DNA of 64,000 nt from Terriglobia bacterium (GTDB taxonomy: Bacteria > Acidobacteriota > Terriglobia > Bryobacterales > Bryobacteraceae), in the NCBI GenBank assembly GCA_963739705.1, contig CAVUBR010000016.1, positions 58,964 through 122,963 of the forward strand, given 5' to 3'. Both the position numbers and the translations under genes were made by a program. The notes beneath the pieces were generated by a model that saw only the letters and a list, made by a program, of their open reading frames with translations, was not told the origin of the DNA and searched no databases. This document shows, in pieces, positions 10,079-19,947 of the stretch (positions are counted from its first letter, which is position 1; each line of letters opens with the position of its first letter).

Positions 10079-10231
10079 AGCGCAGGAGTGAGTATCCGAT
10101 TCATGCTAGCATGCGCTGGGCGCACCTCAGAGCCTTTGCCGGGCGTCAAACGCCAGGTAGAAAGCCCCCTTCCCCGGACCACCTCGCACTGGCATAGGAT
10201 ATGAAGTGGCAAAGCAACGAAGGGGAGGCTT

Positions 10232-10676
10232 ATGCGAAAAGTTGGATGCATTGCGATAGGTTCTATGTTCGCGCTGCTCGCCATGCTCGCGAACGCACAA
10301 GACAAACCGGACTTCAGCGGCAACTGGCAGCTCGATCCAGCCAAGTGCGAACTGCACACCAGCAAGGTGGCCGACGCCAATTGGTCCATTGAAGAGTCCG
10401 ATAACTCCATCCACGTCACGGAGAACGAGGCCGGCAAAGCCGATCGAGATGAAGTGCACCACCGACGGCAAGGATTGTGAAGTCCACGGCGACAAGGCCA
10501 AGGCATCATTCTGGTTCAACGGGCCGATGCTGGTGGAGATGGAAACCAAGGGCGACCACGTCACCCGCTACCGGCTCACGCTTTCTCAAGACGGCAAGAC
10601 GCTGAAGGTAGAAACGACTTACATCGTTCCGCAGGGCGACGCTAACGACGTTCTGGTATTCACCAAGAAACCCTAG
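10232..10676 (+). CDS. Small secreted lipocalin-like hypothetical protein (one frameshift near 10440)
   Basis: ORF 10232..10480 has a signal peptide (MRKVGCIAIGSMFALLAMLANAQ) followed by DFSGNWQLD. The protein continues in ORF 10389..10676 as IEMKCTTDGKDCEVHG...LTLSQDGKTLKVETTY. The join falls at ccggcaaagccgatcgag. Confidence 0.5.
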
Positions 10677-11275
10677 GACGCCAGTTTCCGTTCCAGCTCC
10701 GCTTTCACTTCCGGCCACTCCGAATCGATGATGCTGAAGTAAACGCTGTCCCGTACGCGCCCGCTGTCGCACACCACGTGTTTGCGGAAGATGCCTTCCT
10801 GCTTCGCGCCGAGCCGCAGAATCGCATTGCGCGACTTCTCGTTGAGCTCGTCGGTCTTCAATTCCACGCGCAAGCAGCCGAGGTATTCGAACGCGTGCCG
10901 CAGCATCAGGTACTTGGCCTCCGTATTTACGGCGCTGCGTTGCCACGGCCGCGCGATCCAGGTGGCGCCGATTTCGACGTGCCGGTTCGCGCGATCGATA
11001 TTCATGAAACGCGTGCTGCCGATTGCCCGCCCGCTCGACTGCTCGATGGTGACGAACGGCAGCGCCGTTCCCTCCGCCTGCCATTGCAGCGCCGTGCGGA
11101 CATAAGCCAGCATGTCGTCGTGCGTCCGCACTTGAACCGGGATCCAGCGCCACAGCTCTTCATCCAGACCCACTTCGGCCAGCGCGTTCACGTGTCCAAC
11201 CGTCAGCGGCTCCAGCCGGATGTGCCGCCCTCCCAGCACCACCGGAGCAATTGGCATCAAGGCCGGACTACTCAT
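10673..11275 (-). CDS. GNAT family N-acetyltransferase (RimJ/RimL-like)
   Basis: ORF 10673..11323 contains the pattern RLEPLTVGHVNAL...RFMNIDRANRHVEIGATW...QRSAVNTEAKYLMLRHAFE...RVELKTDELNEKSRNAILRLGAKQEGIFRKH. I chose ATG 11275, which forms an ATGA overlap with the stop of the upstream S9 peptidase. Confidence 0.75.
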   Translation of the reverse strand: MSSPALMPIAPVVLGGRHIRLEPLTVGHVNALAEVGLDEELWRWIPVQVRTHDDMLAYVRTALQWQAEGTALPFVTIEQSSGRAIGSTRFMNIDRANRHVEIGATWIARPWQRSAVNTEAKYLMLRHAFEYLGCLRVELKTDELNEKSRNAILRLGAKQEGIFRKHVVCDSGRVRDSVYFSIIDSEWPEVKAELERKLAS

Positions 11276-13702
11276 TCCGTTGAAACCTTGGGCGGCGCGT
11301 CCCTCACGTACTTGTCGAACCACGCCATCATTTCGTACAGCACCGTCTCGATCGTCTCCCGCGCCTGATACCCATGCGCCTCGGCCGGCAGCATCACCAG
11401 CCGCACCGTGCCGCCGTTCCCGCGAATCGCCTGGTACATTCGCTCGGATTGAATCGGAAACGTCCCGGTATTATCGTCCGCTTCGCCGTGAATCAGCAGA
11501 ATGGGCGCCTTGATCTTATCCGCCACCAGGAACGGCGACATCTTCAAATAAACATCCTGCGCCTCCCACAACTGTCCGCCGCTCGGTCTGGAATCCAAAC
11601 GGCGTCAGCGTGCGATTGTACGCCCCGCTGCGCGCGACCCCAGCGCGAAACAGGTTGGAATGCGACATCAAATTCGCCGTCATGAACGCGCCGTAGCTGT
11701 GCCCGCCCACGCCCACGCGATCGCGATCCGTCACGCCCATCTCCACCGCCTTGTCGATCGCCGCTTTTGCGTCCATCACGATCTGCTCGATATAAGTGTT
11801 GTTCACCGTCTGGGGATCGCCGATAATCGGCATGGCCGTGTCGTCCAGCACCGCATAGCCATGCAACGCGAAGAACAGCTCGGATGGTCCGGCAATGCTG
11901 GTGAAGCGCTGCACTGAGCCGCTGATCTGCCCGGCCGTCTCGGCGTCGTTGTATTCGAGCGGGTACGCCCACACCACCGTCGGCAGCCGCGTGCCCTGTT
12001 TGTAACCGGGCGGCAAGTACAAAGTGAACGACAGCGGCACGCCATCCTGCCGCTTGTAAGTGACTTTCTGTTTGGTGATGCCCTGTAGCATCGGCGTCGG
12101 ATCCGGGAAATGTGTCAGCGCCCGCTCGGACCCGCCCGCGCCCAGCACGCGCACGAAATAATTGGGCGGCGTGGTCTGGTTCTCGCGCACCGTAAGGATC
12201 TTCGATGCGGCGCCGTCCGCGAGCGCCACGAAATTCTCGTAACTGGTCGCGCTCGAATGAAAAATGCGCTCCGTTTTGCCGGTCTCCAGATTCATGCGAT
12301 CCAGAAACGGCCGGTCGCCTTCCGGACTCGCGCCCGGGCCGGTCAAATAAATGGCATTGCCAACCTGCGCCACCACGTCTTGTCCGGTCGGCAATGTCCG
12401 CAGTACCATCGTGCCGGGGCTATGATAGCGATCCTGCACATTGACGCCCCACAGCAGCTTCGGCGCCACGCCCGCGCGCTCGGAATCGATCAGAAACATG
12501 CGCTGCCAGCGCCGATTGCGTTCGTAATCCTGCACGAACGCCCCGCGCTCCTCGGCGAACTCGATTCCGCGAAAGCGCTCTTCGGTCCTGAAAATTTCAT
12601 CCGGCGTTGCCTGGAACGGCGCCTTCAGCATCACAATGCGGTCGCGATGCGGAACCTTCTCGTTCGGATTCCCGCCGTCCAGCGCCTCGGCCCAAACCAG
12701 CGTGGCGGGCTGATTGGGCCGCCATCGGTAATCTCGCGGCCCTGTGGGAACGCCCTGAATCGGCACGCGGTCTTCCAGCGGCAGGCTCGCAACCTTGTAC
12801 ACCACGCTGCCTGCGGCGTTCCACACCTCGACATCCTTGGGAAAATCCTCCACGGGATGCAGATAGGAAAACGGCCGATGCACGCGCGCCACGAGCAGAT
12901 GCTCCCCGTCCGGCGCCGGATCCACTGTCAGAAAAATCGCCGGCTTCCCGCGCGCCTCCACGCGCCCGCTCGCTGTATCCACCGTCGCCAATTGCGCCGT
13001 CGCGTAGTAATCGAACAGGTCTTCATCGTGCGCGTTGTTCAGCATGTCTTCGTAGGTACGAACCGGCCCGGTGTGCCCGGCGCTCTCCTGCGTGTGAACA
13101 CCAGTGGGAATCACGGGCTCCGTAGGAGCCGCGCCGCGCCCGGACGGAACGGTCTGGACCAGCAGCCTGCGGCTGTCCGGCATCCATTGGAGAATAGGGT
13201 CGCGCCGATTCCCGAACCCCGCCCCTTCCATAGCCGCGTTCACGCGCACGCCATCGATTCTGCGCGCGCGCCCGCTGGCGACGTCGCCAACCCACAACTC
13301 GATCGCGGTCTCGGTAGTATTCGTGAAAGCGAACTGCTTTCCATCCGGACTCCAGCGCGGCGTCGAAGTCTTAGCACCGGCCGGCAACTGGATCTTCACC
13401 TGCGACCCATCGTCGATCCGAACCAGAACCATGGAAGTATCCAGGTTGGCCCGATGCGGCCCGTTGTTTTTGGGATTGATTCGCAACCCGGCCAGCCGCA
13501 GCATCGGCTGCCCCACCACGGCAATGGGCGGATAGCGCAACGGCTCAACCAGCAGCAGGTGCGTGCGCGCCGGACTGACGATGGCGCGCGGCGTCGCCGG
13601 TGCATTCAACACATCGAGAATTTCCCGCGGCGGCTTCTGATAAGGCTCATCGGCGAGCAGCAGCGCGGCGAAACAAATCAACAACAGGCGGATGCGCATC
13701 AT
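11272..13702 (-). CDS. S9 (prolyl oligopeptidase family) serine peptidase with N-terminal beta-propeller (one frameshift near 11575)
   Basis: ORF 11516..13702 has a signal peptide and the nucleophile elbow GGHSYGAFMT. The catalytic Asp and His (LLIHGEADDN, PAEAHGY) lie in ORF 11272..11598. The join reads ...GFQTERR / QLWEAQDVYLKMSPF. Confidence 0.85.
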
Positions 13703-13739
13703 GAGGCTATTTTAGCCCCGCTCAACCCGCGCAATCGCT

Positions 13740-15671
13740 TCAGCCTAGTTTCGCGGCTTGCCCGTCCACCAACGCGCGCAGCGCCCCCTGTTGCTCGCTC
13801 ACAACCAGGCCCGCAATATTCTCCGACAAACTCTTCAGCGCAACCCGCGCCGCGCCCAGATCCCCGCGCTCCACCTCGCGAAACGCCGCCACATACTGCC
13901 CCACCAGCGTCTCCCGATGCGCTTTAGCGTCCCGCGCCCCAACGAACCCGGAATCCGGCAGCTTCACAATGGCCGACTTCAACCCGCCCCACCCCAGATC
14001 GATCACCTGCGGCTTCACCAGCATGAACTCGCCCGCCAGTTGCGACAATCCCGCCACTTGCTGCACAAAATAATTCCGGTCGAACCCATGCATCCCGGCC
14101 TCGGTGTCCACTTGCGCATACGTCTGCGTCCACCCGCCCGGCCAGTCGCCCGCCAGCCCAATCCCCGGAATCCCATAAGCGCGCCCTTTATTCATGGGAC
14201 TCTTCACCGTTCCCTGGAATCCGCCATTCATGCCCGGCCCCGCATTCCCCGACTTCACATCCACGCGCGGCCAATGATTATCGGTCGCCGCCCGCGCAAT
14301 CGCCTCCACCATCCAGATATTGTTGTTGTGCACATCCATCAGGCTGGTGATCACGCCGCCGTTCTCCGGCGACTCGCTGGAGTAAACATACCGATTCCCG
14401 TCCGGCCCGGTCTCGATGGTCTGCTTCCCGCCCATGTGCTCGATCCCAATCGTAGCCACCACGCGCTTCAACGTTTCCGGGTGGATGGCGTAGTAGTCGA
14501 ACTGCGGCCAACTCGGTTCACCACCCGGCATAAAGTGCCGGCAATCGAAATAGAACACCAGCGTGCGCGCCCGCTCCGCCTTCGGAATGTTCCTGAAATA
14601 CGAGATGATGCCGAGCATCCCCAGCCCGCCATTCTCTTCGATCAACGACATCGCGTCGGTGTGCGTCGCCAGCAGCACTTGCTCGTCCTGCGGCGTCCCA
14701 TAATTCCGCCCCGGCAAATGTGTCAGAATCGCTTTCCCGGTGTCACGCTGGAACCGCGCCGTGAGCGTCAGCGTCGCGCGCTTTTGAGCCTTCGCGTCCG
14801 CCACCACCTTGGCCCCATTCACGCGATCCAACGTCAGCGTCGGACAATTGACGTATTTCGCGCCGAGCCCCGCCTTCCCATCCGGCGTGTACACGCTGCG
14901 CTGCGCCAGTCCAAACGCCGCCCCAGGCGACAGGTCGTACACCACCACCATGCCCGCCGCGCGCCCGCGAATCCCGATCGCGGCCAACCGGTTCAGTTGC
15001 GCCCAAACCCAGCGGCAATGATAGGAACTGGTGACGCTGGCCGGCGGCGGCGTAAACAGCGGATGCCATTTCCCCGGCGAGCGCCACTCGTAATCGGTCA
15101 GCGTATAGCTATCGAGAAACGAATTGGAGTAAGGCGGCTCGGGATACGGCGCCGTCTCGAAGACCACAATCTTCCCCGCCATCTCGGCGTCCGACGGCGG
15201 CTTGGCGCGATCATAATACAGCATCTGGGCCGACACGCCCTCGGCCGGCGTGAACCCGGACGTCATGCCATAAGAAGCCACCACCGGCACCCGCATCCCA
15301 TCCGAAACCAGCTTCTCCACCGCGACGCCCGAATCATGCAGATGGGTTCGGTGGTCCGGCCAGTCATCCACGATGTAATGGTCGTAAGGAATCTCGACAT
15401 AGTCGAAATCCACAGCTCCGAACTCCTGCATCTTCGAGATCAGGAAATCGGTGTAGCGCTTCCATCCGGCGCCGCCCGCGTAAGTAGGGCCGCCCTTGCT
15501 CTTGAAAACGTTCCACTCCCACGCGACATCCGGCGTAATCATGAACCGCGCATCGATCTTAGGAAACTCCGTCGCGCCGGCCCTGCGCCCCAGCACCGTC
15601 CCTGCCGCGACCCCAGCCGCCGCCTTAAGAAAGGTCCGCCGTGGCGTACGGCCTCTGCTAGATTCCTTCAT
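13740..15671 (-). CDS. Tat-signal secreted protein, possibly PA-domain/M28-like. Function unknown.
   Basis: Twin-arginine leader MKESSRGRTPRRTFLKAAAGVAAGTVLG. The segment VLLATHTDAMSLIEENGGLGMLGI is reminiscent of M28 metal-ligand blocks. No secure family assignment can be made by eye. Confidence 0.5.
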   Translation of the reverse strand: MKESSRGRTPRRTFLKAAAGVAAGTVLGRRAGATEFPKIDARFMITPDVAWEWNVFKSKGGPTYAGGAGWKRYTDFLISKMQEFGAVDFDYVEIPYDHYIVDDWPDHRTHLHDSGVAVEKLVSDGMRVPVVASYGMTSGFTPAEGVSAQMLYYDRAKPPSDAEMAGKIVVFETAPYPEPPYSNSFLDSYTLTDYEWRSPGKWHPLFTPPPASVTSSYHCRWVWAQLNRLAAIGIRGRAAGMVVVYDLSPGAAFGLAQRSVYTPDGKAGLGAKYVNCPTLTLDRVNGAKVVADAKAQKRATLTLTARFQRDTGKAILTHLPGRNYGTPQDEQVLLATHTDAMSLIEENGGLGMLGIISYFRNIPKAERARTLVFYFDCRHFMPGGEPSWPQFDYYAIHPETLKRVVATIGIEHMGGKQTIETGPDGNRYVYSSESPENGGVITSLMDVHNNNIWMVEAIARAATDNHWPRVDVKSGNAGPGMNGGFQGTVKSPMNKGRAYGIPGIGLAGDWPGGWTQTYAQVDTEAGMHGFDRNYFVQQVAGLSQLAGEFMLVKPQVIDLGWGGLKSAIVKLPDSGFVGARDAKAHRETLVGQYVAAFREVERGDLGAARVALKSLSENIAGLVVSEQQGALRALVDGQAAKLG

Positions 15672-15795
15672 CGTGAACCTCCGCTGATCTCCACAATACT
15701 GCAGAAAGCCATGCCCGCGGCTTTAATGTATACTTGCGTCAATAACCGCGTCGTGGGTCAAGTCCCGACTTATTTTTTGCAGAGGAGTCAATCCA

Positions 15796-16713
15796 GTGAA
15801 GCCTTCCCTGATCTTTCCAATTGCAGCCGCGGTTCTAATCGCATGCGGAAGCCTTGCCGCCGAGAGCCCCGAAGGGGTCAACGTCAAAAAGCCCTACGAT
15901 CAGTCTGTGCGCAAAAGCAAAGGCGGCACTCCAAACATTGTCTACCGCGGAGGAGCCGTCATGACCAGCGCCCGCGTCAACGTCTACGTCATCTACTACG
16001 GCGATGTCCCGCTCGGCAGCCAAAATATCCTCAACACTTTCTTTACCGATCTCCGGACCGCCCAAAGCTCCTTCTTTCGCGTGAACGACACCTATTACGA
16101 CTCAACCAAAGCCACCGTCGCCCCCAGCTTCGATTTCGCACCGGTCACCGGAATGGTCTATATCGACAATCCCCCGTCGCTCGGAACGCACATCGGAGCG
16201 AAAGATATTCCGAAAATAATTCGCAATGCGATCGAAGCGCCCGATGGACTCCCAGCCGATGAGAACGGCGTCTATTTTGTCCTGACGGCCCCCACGGTCA
16301 GCGCGAAGGGCTTCTGCAAATCCTATTGCGCCTATCACACCAACTCAACCGCCATCGTCAGCGGAAAAAATATCAAGTTCGCGCTGGTCCCCGATCCCGG
16401 CAACGACTGCGGCGGCTGCGACGGCAATGTCGCCATTTATGGACAGAACGTGACTCCCAACGGAGACCCGGGCGCCGACGAAATGACCGACTCCATCATC
16501 CACGAGCTCTCGGAAACCGTCACCGACCCGCTAGGCACCGGCTGGCTCACATCCAATGGCGAAGAGAATGGCGACCTTTGCAACTTCACCTACGGCAAAC
16601 CGCTTTCTCCCGGACCAGCCAACGGCGCGACCGCCAACGTGCAAATGAATTCCCACTTCTACCTGATCCAGCAGATCTGGACCAACGTGTCCCCGCAGCA
16701 CTGCGCGCCGTAA
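15796..16713 (+). CDS. EXORDIUM / phosphate-induced protein 1 (Phi_1) family homologue, secreted
   Basis: GTG start with AGGAG 8 nt upstream, and a signal peptide. Blocks align to the plant EXO sequence as I recall it. [22 protein letters not shown] matches [44 protein letters not shown] matches [50 protein letters not shown] matches [27 protein letters not shown]. Confidence 0.7.
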   Translation: [305 protein letters not shown]

Positions 16714-16837
16714 AAATTACTCACCGGAGAGGCGATTCAGAGCCGGCTCGCCGCGAGCGGCGTCTCTTCGCGCCCCACCGTTAACACCAGGCTTCAGATC
16801 CGGTAATATCGAAGCTCAGGTCCGGAAGGACCAACGC

Positions 16838-17901
16838 ATGAAACAGGGACTAATCTTACTGTTGACGGTGGCGGCTGTTTCCGCCAGCGCGTGGGCACAG
16901 GAACCGGGTTATCCGATCACGGTCGTCCCACCGGGAAAAGGGCCATACCAGTTTCCTCAGGGGTACCAAACGCCCTGGGACAAGATCGAGATGCTGGTTA
17001 CGGAGAAGCTGTCGCCGAATCTCTATATTCTGCACGGTTCGGCCGGTCTTGACCCGACACATCCCGATGCCGCCGGTGGCAGGGTCGCGGTGCTCTTCGG
17101 CTCCGACGGCGTGCTGATGGTGGATACCGAGGACCCACAACTGGCGGCCAAGACGCTCGACACCATCCGGACATTCACCAGCGCGCCGATTAAGATTGTG
17201 GTCAATTCCCATATTCACCCCGACCACACCGGCGGTAATGCGTTCTTCGCGAAACAGGGGGCGGTGATCTTCTCGCAGGAGAATCTGCGCGAGGAAATGC
17301 TAAACCCGCCGGGCCAGGCCAATGCCGCTCGCCCGATCCCGCCGGCGTTCCAACTGCCACCTATCGGTACGGCTCACCAGGCGCTCCTGCCGTCACCATC
17401 CATATGAACGGCGAAACGGTGGACTTTATTCCGATGATGCCGTCCCACACCGCGGGCGACACCATCGTGCGCTTCAACAAGGCGAACGTGATCTATATCG
17501 AGGATTTCTATCGCAACTTCGGCTATCCGTTTGCCGACCAGGCCAACGGCGGTTCGATCAAGGGCATGATCGAGGCCGTTGACCTCATTCAAGAGCTTGC
17601 CGGCCCCGATACGACGCTCGTCCCGGGCCACGGAACGCTGGTCAAAAAGAAGGATCTGCTGGGCTACCGCGCCATGCTCGTCGACATCCTGGCAAAGGTG
17701 CAGAAGCTCCGCGATCAGGGCAAGTCGCTGGACGAGGTTCTGGCCGCGAACCTGACCGCACCCTATGACGCGACCACGCTGGGCGACACCAAGCAGAGCA
17801 AGGACCGGTTCATCACCGAAGTGTACGACGAACTGAAGGACTTCCCGCCGGTTGTAAACGGCAAACGGAAAATGCCGAGTCGCACAGGGCCGGGGAGATA
17901 G
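16838..17901 (+). CDS. Secreted MBL-fold metallo-hydrolase (one frameshift near 17332)
   Basis: Signal peptide, then the metal-binding motif VNSHIHPDHTGGN (HxHxDH). The protein continues in ORF 17404..17901 with PSHTAGDTIV and VPGHG. The alternative frame reads ...AARP/DPAGVPTATYRYGSPGAPAVTIHMNGETV across a CCC run. Confidence 0.75.
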
Positions 17902-17950
17902 GGCCGCCAGGGAGAAGCGGTTTGTTTACGGCGGTAGTATACTTCCGACT

Positions 17951-18481
17951 ATGGAAAAGATAAAGCGTACGGCGAGAATCGCAATTGCAGGGCTGGCGTT
18001 GTGCGCGGCGGCAACTCCGCAGGCCGCCGAGGCCCCTAAGACAGCACCGGCAACGCATGTCACGAAGGAACAGATTCAGGAGTTCATCGCGAAGCTGCCA
18101 CGCGCGCGAATATCGGACAGTCCGATCCGTGCGATTGACGTGGGCGGATACAAGGTGGGCGTCTTCGCGGTGTTCCGGCCAAAGGACGCACCGGAGCAAG
18201 CTATCTACCACGATACGAACATGACGGAGATTCTGTACATCCTGGAGGGATCGGCGACACTGATCACGGGCGGCACCATTCCGGACGCTCATCCGCCCAC
18301 GCGCCCCGGCGGCAACTTCAGCGGCGACAAGATTGAGGGCGGCACCAGCCGGCACGTGTCTCCGGGCGACGTGATCATCACCCCGGGGCGAACGCCGCAT
18401 TTGTGGCAGAATCTGGAGAGCGACATGTCGTATCTGGTCTTCAGGCCGGATCCGGACGGGAAGTCGTTGCGGCTGAAGTAG
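17951..18481 (+). CDS. Secreted cupin-domain protein
   Basis: Signal peptide MEKIKRTARIAIAGLALCAAA. Cupin-like blocks: HDTNMTEILYILEGSATLITGG ... GDVIITPGRTPHLWQN. Confidence 0.7.
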   Translation: MEKIKRTARIAIAGLALCAAATPQAAEAPKTAPATHVTKEQIQEFIAKLPRARISDSPIRAIDVGGYKVGVFAVFRPKDAPEQAIYHDTNMTEILYILEGSATLITGGTIPDAHPPTRPGGNFSGDKIEGGTSRHVSPGDVIITPGRTPHLWQNLESDMSYLVFRPDPDGKSLRLK

Positions 18482-19250
18482 CGCGCCGCGCATCAGGCCG
18501 ATGCTCGCCCAGCAGATCAGCGAGGATCCATGCGGTTCCGGCAATCGCGAATGTCTCGGCGGTTTCGCTCCAGTTCGTATGACTGCGGGGCTCGGAAACA
18601 AGCAACGGAATCCACACCAGTAGCCCAAAGGACCCAAGCATGATTGTCAGCAGGCGAGTCGCGAGCAGCGCCATTCGATTCGTAAGCAGAGCGACGGCCG
18701 CCAGTGCGAAGGGAACCGTCGTTGCTATCGCCCAAAACACCTGACTTGGCGGAAGCCACTTCGGAACAAGCGTGCTGGTGTTGTTGAGATAAATCGCCTG
18801 TTCGAGGCCAAAGGAACCGGCACAAAGGCCCAAAGAAATTCGGCCGATCCGATTCAGCGTTTCCGGCGCACATGTCGCCGACCAGCGCGCATAAATCAGA
18901 CCCGCTCCGGTCAGCAGAGAGAATTGCTCGAAGAAATTGCCCCAGCTATTGTAAATCCGCGGTGCGGCGGCGATTGGCGGCACGCATAGTAAGACGAAGA
19001 CAAGATAAACCGCACCCAGGACGGCCGCTCCCGTCTTCGCGGTCCGGCGGAACTGAGTTGCACCGCCGCCCAAGATCTGGAGAGCAGCGACTGCGTAGAG
19101 AAAGACCGGGCCATCGGTAGCGTTCAAGATGTAACGCAGTTGATCCCAATCCTTGTAGTTGTGCCAGGCCAGCGTGATGGGGCCAAAAACCAAAGACGCC
19201 GCTCCAAACACGTGACGGCCGAGGTTCGAGCTACGCGTTGAAACAGCCAT
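18441..19250 (-). CDS. Integral membrane protein (DoxX-like topology), function unknown
   Basis: 269-aa ORF with 7-8 hydrophobic helices. Its 3' end overlaps the convergent cupin gene by 41 nt. Family assignment is weak. Confidence 0.45.
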   Translation of the reverse strand: MAVSTRSSNLGRHVFGAASLVFGPITLAWHNYKDWDQLRYILNATDGPVFLYAVAALQILGGGATQFRRTAKTGAAVLGAVYLVFVLLCVPPIAAAPRIYNSWGNFFEQFSLLTGAGLIYARWSATCAPETLNRIGRISLGLCAGSFGLEQAIYLNNTSTLVPKWLPPSQVFWAIATTVPFALAAVALLTNRMALLATRLLTIMLGSFGLLVWIPLLVSEPRSHTNWSETAETFAIAGTAWILADLLGEHRPDARRATSAATTSRPDPA

Positions 19251-19349
19251 TTGCTTTAGTCTCGCTAACGCGGCTAGTCCCCGGTGCGGGACACGCGGTC
19301 CAAGGATAGGCCTCGCACGCCAGAGCCAACCAACATCGCGGGCATTTCA

Positions 19350-19522
19350 CCTCAGCGGGAGAAAAGACCAACCTTCTTGTGTGACACTTTGAACCTCTCC
19401 GAGGGCGCAAATTGACCCGTCGAAGTTCGGGGTCACGAAATCATTCTCTCGAATGACCCGGCCTAGAGAAAATGTCGAAAGATTATTGACCGAGGTCGGA
19501 GCCGGCTACTTCCGGCCTTCAT
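19350..19522 (-). pseudogene. Remnant of a DUF5615/Mut7-C-like (PIN-like) toxin gene downstream of DUF433
   Basis: An ATG at 19522 forms an ATGA overlap with the DUF433 stop, but that frame stops after 19 codons. A second frame reads GRVIRENDFVTPNFDGS...EGWSFLPLR, which resembles the (E)GR.LVT.D.DF core of DUF5615 partners of DUF433. Confidence 0.25.
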
Positions 19523-19722
19523 GAGCGCTTGGGAAACGCCAAGACCTCCTGAATTTGCTCCCGGGACACAAATGGCAACCACTCCAGGAACTCTTCTATT
19601 GAAGACCCGCGATTAAGGTGTTCGAACAGAGAGGCAACCGTCACACGCGTGCCTCGGAAACACCAAACGCCACCGAGCTTTTCCGGGGCGCGATCGACCG
19701 CGACACAACGCGTCCGGTCCAT
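19519..19722 (-). CDS. DUF433 domain protein (antitoxin-like)
   Basis: LGGVWCFRGTRVTVASLFEHLNRGSSIEEFLEWLPFVSREQIQEVLAF matches the DUF433 pattern (G.P.IRGTR..V..I...L..G.S.EEIL..YP.L..E.I..AL.). Confidence 0.75.
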   Translation of the reverse strand: MDRTRCVAVDRAPEKLGGVWCFRGTRVTVASLFEHLNRGSSIEEFLEWLPFVSREQIQEVLAFPKRS

Positions 19723-19740
19723 ACCCTTAGTCTATGCGGA

Positions 19741-19947
19741 TCACACGAAAACGAGCAATGGCCGAACGCCGGCGAGGTCGCATTGACGTCGTTTGCGTGA
19801 GAATTCGACGATCACTCGCAATGCCTTACACTGTCCGATCCGCGCAGCAAGCCCAGGCGACAGCGGCTTGCTACCGTGCACGCGCTTAAGCGACCAACCG
19901 TTTTTCTCCACCAGCCGGCACATCTCAGTTCCGGCAATCGGTCTCAA
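19741..19947 (-). pseudogene. HicA-like toxin gene with a non-canonical C-terminal half
   Basis: TTG start overlapping the hicB stop (TTGA). The N-terminus ...EMCRLVEKNGWSLKRVHGS is HicA/YcfA-like. After GS the sequence (KPLSPGLAARIGQCKALRV...) loses all HicA similarity in every frame I translated. Confidence 0.4.

Noticed and set aside
7850-10204. A 784-aa + strand ORF. Similar long shadow ORFs: 12110..13927 (+), 13758..16262 (+), 24996..26033 (-), 29853..30881 (-), 41268..42350 (+), 41479..42549 (-), 47348..48295 (-), 59552..60649 (-), 62931..63986 (-).
   Set aside because: All lie antisense to, or out of frame with, genes carrying clear family motifs. All have Arg/Ala/Pro/His/Gly-dominated low-information translations, as expected for stop-poor alternative frames in about 65% GC DNA.
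16714-16837. An imperfect GC hairpin (gccggctcgccgcgagcggc) after the EXORDIUM-like gene, considered as a terminator.
   Set aside because: The stem is bulged and there is no T-run. It is plausible but unsupported, so I do not list it as a feature.
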